Shown: positions 61,801 through 64,000 of the stretch, in pieces
How the letters are laid out: each line of letters starts with the position of its first letter
Numbering within the stretch: position 1 is the first letter of the stretch
From: Podospora anserina
Lineage: Eukaryota
Reading direction: 5' to 3'
DNA: 64,000 bases
NCBI GenBank assembly: GCA_017654855.1
Contig: CM030334.1
Coordinates: 2,790,001 to 2,854,000, forward strand
Notes under the pieces: model-generated
The model's database searches: none
Told to the model about the DNA's origin: nothing
The model's input: only the letters and a program-made list of their open reading frames with translations
Position numbers and translations under genes: made by a program

Positions 61801-64000
61801 TTCTGGATCAACCTCAGGCTCACTAAAACGCGCCTCACGCCCAGAACTTCTTCTACTTGGGGTCTCCTGAAGATCCTCCTCGGGTTCCTCCTCAGGCTCC
61901 TGCTCAGGTTCTGGCCTGGGATTCGAAATCCGGGTGGGCGACAAACTCTTGGCTGTTTCGGCAACAAAATTCTTAATCTGCTGCAGTCCTCTAAACCAAG
62001 GTCGGTCCTGCTGCTTCTCCTGGGCGGTGTCAGTACGCTGCGGCGACGGGGAGCGGGTGGCTCGGGGCTGTGAGATAAAGGGCGCGGGGGACTGGCTCGA
62101 CTTCTCAAACGATCCCCGAAATGGACTCCGCAGTACACTGTCTCTCCCTGGGGGCGAGGGCGGATCGGATGTTACAAGCTGCAAAACTCGGCCGGCACGT
62201 ACTATGGGTGAAAGGCTAGGCCGGGGCTGCGATCCTGGGGGCGCTAGGTTTAGTGACTGTACATTCAAGTCTGTTCTCGGTAGAGGTGCCACGTCCGACA
62301 GCTGATCGGCTGGGGTTTCGTTCGACTTTGTTCTGGTGTGCTGCGGCAGGCGGGCAACAGGGACCGGCGGGCTAGGGTCACTGGCAGGTGGGGAAGAGGG
62401 CATCTCGACCTGAACATTCGGCTGTGCGGGTTGGTTGGGTGAAACGGTCCCTGCATCTTCGTCTACGCCATCGCCTTCAGCCTCGGAGGGTATTGGGGAT
62501 GATGTCTCATCAGGTGTCAACAGCCTATTCGATTCAAGGTGGGGGATAGAGTGATTCACTGGTGAAGGCCGCTCAATAGACGGCTGGATTGGGTGGCTCG
62601 CGGCCTGCGCTTCCTCTTCCCCTCCATCATTGTCCGGTTCCTCCTCTCTTTCTCCATCGCGCACTTCGTCGTCATGTTGCTCTTCAAGCTGCGGTTCCAC
62701 GTGTTGGCCTGGAGTTGCAGCGGCATACACTTCATCGGGCAAGGTAGAGAAGGAATCCCCTTCTCCACTCAGGTTTGATGTGTCGGCAGGCGATGGTTCC
62801 TGCGTTGTGTTGGCCGAATCTGTCCGTTGACGAGCAGCCTTGCGGATCAACTTCCCGAGTAGTGACTTTGGCTTCTTTATTGGCTTCGACTTTTCTGGAA
62901 CTCGGTTCCACCAAGCATCGGAGTCGTCTGCGGGTTCATCCTCAGCTTCGACTTCAGCTCGGATTTCGACCTCACTGGGACGGGGTGGCAATCGTTTGTA
63001 AGGTCGTTTGTAAGGCTTGGGTTGCGGAACAGGCCCATCACTGAACTCAAAGTCTGGGTCGGGCCTCGACCTAGAGTACTGTTCTTTCTGTGACGGTTCT
63101 TCAGACGCTTGTCTCGGTTCCTCAGACTCATGCCTGGGTTCCTCGCTTTCTTGTCGTGGCTCCTCAGACTCTCGCCTTGGCTCCTCGCTGCGTCGCCTGG
63201 GCTCTTCAGAACCTTGCCTTGGCTCCGCGCTCTGTTCCCTAGACTCGTCACTAAAAAAATCAGGATCAAACGATCTGCTCTTCACTTCAAAGGAAGAAGT
63301 GTCAGCTTTCTGCACTGGTCCAATGCTAGAACCAAAACCAACCACCTCCCTCCGCAAAACAGCTGCCCTCTCAGCAGCCTTTGCTTCTTGTTGTCCAACA
63401 GGGGGGCTGGAAGCAGACTCGCTTCTCCTCTCAGCAGCCGTGTTCTCACCCGGCAAAATGCTGAAATCAAAATCAAAGTTCTTCCGTGGTGGAGTGGGGG
63501 ATTTTTGAGTGCTTTGTCCGAAATCGAGTCCCTCCAGCTGCTCAGCATGAGAAGATGCAGCAGGTTTCTCAGGCCCGACACTGAAGTTGAAACTGGTCTC
63601 CCTTCGTCGGCGCACAGAAGGCATTTGAGTGCTCTGCCCAGGGTGAAAACTAGAACCAAAGTCAAATGGCTTCCTTGGCTTAGCAACTTCCAGTTGAGAT
63701 GTCCGCCCTGGCCCGACACTAAACCCGAAATCATGCTCTTCCCCTGTCTCTTGTACTGCCTCTTGTGAGCCCTCCCCAGCCACAGTCCTTCGACCCTGCC
63801 TAAGATAGTCGATACCATTCTTAATAATGACTTTTGTGGCTTCACCGAGCTCTTCCTCTTGCTGTTGTTCCTGCCCGGCCATCATACTGGAATTCATCAG
63901 AGACCTGAGCTCGGCAAGCGGGACCTCTGTAAAGTCCTCCGCGCCCGCCATGGTATCCTGAGCATCCCCCAAATCACGAACCGGACTTGTCATGTAATCG
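58876..64000 (-). CDS. Very large, mostly disordered hypothetical protein (>=1705 aa); probably starts beyond the window end
   Basis: Uninterrupted ORF open to the window edge. Short conserved-looking islands (GDSFSTLPDEV..AATPG, RPSLSPIVRAGRVLQ, C-terminal W..WELVRMLFAVLIGEMRRR) within low-complexity sequence. Confidence 0.85.
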   Translation of the reverse strand, partial: DYMTSPVRDLGDAQDTMAGAEDFTEVPLAELRSLMNSSMMAGQEQQQEEELGEATKVIIKNGIDYLRQGRRTVAGEGSQEAVQETGEEHDFGFSVGPGRTSQLEVAKPRKPFDFGSSFHPGQSTQMPSVRRRRETSFNFSVGPEKPAASSHAEQLEGLDFGQSTQKSPTPPRKNFDFDFSILPGENTAAERRSESASSPPVGQQEAKAAERAAVLRREVVGFGSSIGPVQKADTSSFEVKSRSFDPDFFSDESREQSAEPRQGSEEPRRRSEEPRRESEEPRQESEEPRHESEEPRQASEEPSQKEQYSRSRPDPDFEFSDGPVPQPKPYKRPYKRLPPRPSEVEIRAEVEAEDEPADDSDAWWNRVPEKSKPIKKPKSLLGKLIRKAARQRTDSANTTQEPSPADTSNLSGEGDSFSTLPDEVYAAATPGQHVEPQLEEQHDDEVRDGEREEEPDNDGGEEEAQAASHPIQPSIERPSPVNHSIPHLESNRLLTPDETSSPIPSEAEGDGVDEDAGTVSPNQPAQPNVQVEMPSSPPASDPSPPVPVARLPQHTRTKSNETPADQLSDVAPLPRTDLNVQSLNLAPPGSQPRPSLSPIVRAGRVLQLVTSDPPSPPGRDSVLRSPFRGSFEKSSQSPAPFISQPRATRSPSPQRTDTAQEKQQDRPWFRGLQQIKNFVAETAKSLSPTRISNPRPEPEQEPEEEPEEDLQETPSRRSSGREARFSEPEVDPEATVSAPNSAIAEPARRRAQERAEPARTSNFGFRGSFTSSRNHETTDRRPQQKATRLPAKEPTPQPEPEPFTMDPVNTQQPEQPAQEEEDDADFWLEAGGVTPFAPRVVPPRIKAPVVESRQSSKIPTLGRSISRQQQRDGQENQLRSSRNSQIDDAYEIEQESSSILEQLDKRPAVKPTPAPARTNLSGFFSSPVLLPGQETPGMGLFKPSRREPANNLVQQQQKERKKLRQPDNSLFAHLVEIEEQQNQSVTAEAVTEKQSGFGNASQNVEVPSGAHDDSLESIDGGLKDKEKDRGRRSTSARAQEIMEKRLARITEGQRKAKEQMTAASTSQSFALQPSTSQPSASQPSAAQPFTTQPSTSRTDNTADQAKTSIRAKGKEPERPPIPAPRPPSPVEPQENPNKIPQLRNFAPRRREFGENTLFQPQAGPAKAAAPPATTNVLNPDNSQVGRFFEESRQLIEPQKKRRQRVRAQNGQQISAEVFSSPKTTPPRHEPNRAASPAKSSFRSPLKGKTPGPVVEFTSSTLSPLPRERRANSPQKTRQSRSQKQGAGEGGIGERTGADNRREEPVVSYPELPEPQPEASEEEENGRQADPFSDTSQQRKDRELREQQDRQGWRAQELGPPLHYGKASFEQRLHQAKAQEPEQRPRGATWEGYGREVEEQPSELDWEAIGEQEPDQGHYDEDGEDRDQEPTPPLSEQDQQRYEPYQPRQRDYQGRDLEPVEEEDYSDEEEEGDYDHHQQGTYAQEGDYDHEDDYDHGDYNQEDDHDHHQQGEHDHEQEQEEEPPQSFFPKFSLPSLPNPLSLLSSLVPTTTSPPPNDPLKGWGIPNWELLDQCLTLHRQHRLPILPLSDVSKSYVGLVPSIGEPQEAMTIEVWHLQIVEYYKHVVLHTRGEEDKWTEWELVRMLFAVLIGEMRRRDRKGMEERRRKREEVKKERERKKRGWFSLGGVFAGGGKKYKVEKPKRKERSRR
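63090..63232 (-). repeat. 21-bp/7-aa coding tandem repeat (EEPRxxS) x ~6-7
   Basis: EPRQGSEEPRRRSEEPRRESEEPRQESEEPRHESEEPRQASEEPSQ in the translation. Confidence 0.9.

Overview
Gene-dense, intron-rich DNA from a filamentous ascomycete. Short GT-AG introns with CTRAC branch points, gene content and a strong C-rich-5'/G-rich-3' skew inside genes suggest Sordariales, Podospora-like (inference). About 22 protein-coding genes can be rebuilt by hand-splicing: RFC5, ERD2, a type I membrane coiled-coil protein, a LicD/Mnn4-like protein, an Stc1-domain protein, a DUF7514-like protein, a sugar-porter MFS, an intronless isocyanide synthase (Dit1/PvcA)-TauD fusion, an acidic coiled-coil protein, pyruvate dehydrogenase kinase, sphingosine-1-phosphate lyase, a GT34 Mnn11-like protein, a RING-CH ligase, PRE8, an RCC1-repeat protein, Dicer-like 2, a GH72 glucanosyltransferase, an RGS-domain membrane protein, a hydrophobin-like gene missed by the ORF track, SOF1, RPN6 and a >1700-aa low-complexity protein. 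No tRNA, rRNA, CRISPR array or intact transposon was supportable. The most notable observations are: (1) the PDK stop codon sits in a leaky CAA-TAG-CARYYA context and is followed by a 69-codon, coding-like in-frame extension (readthrough or A-to-I editing candidate); (2) a hidden 4-exon hydrophobin-like gene with extra cysteines in an accessory-looking island; (3) a stand-alone ICS-TauD gene; (4) an Stc1-domain protein with GW motifs, flanked by repeats and a foldback element. All family calls are from motif recognition, not database searches.
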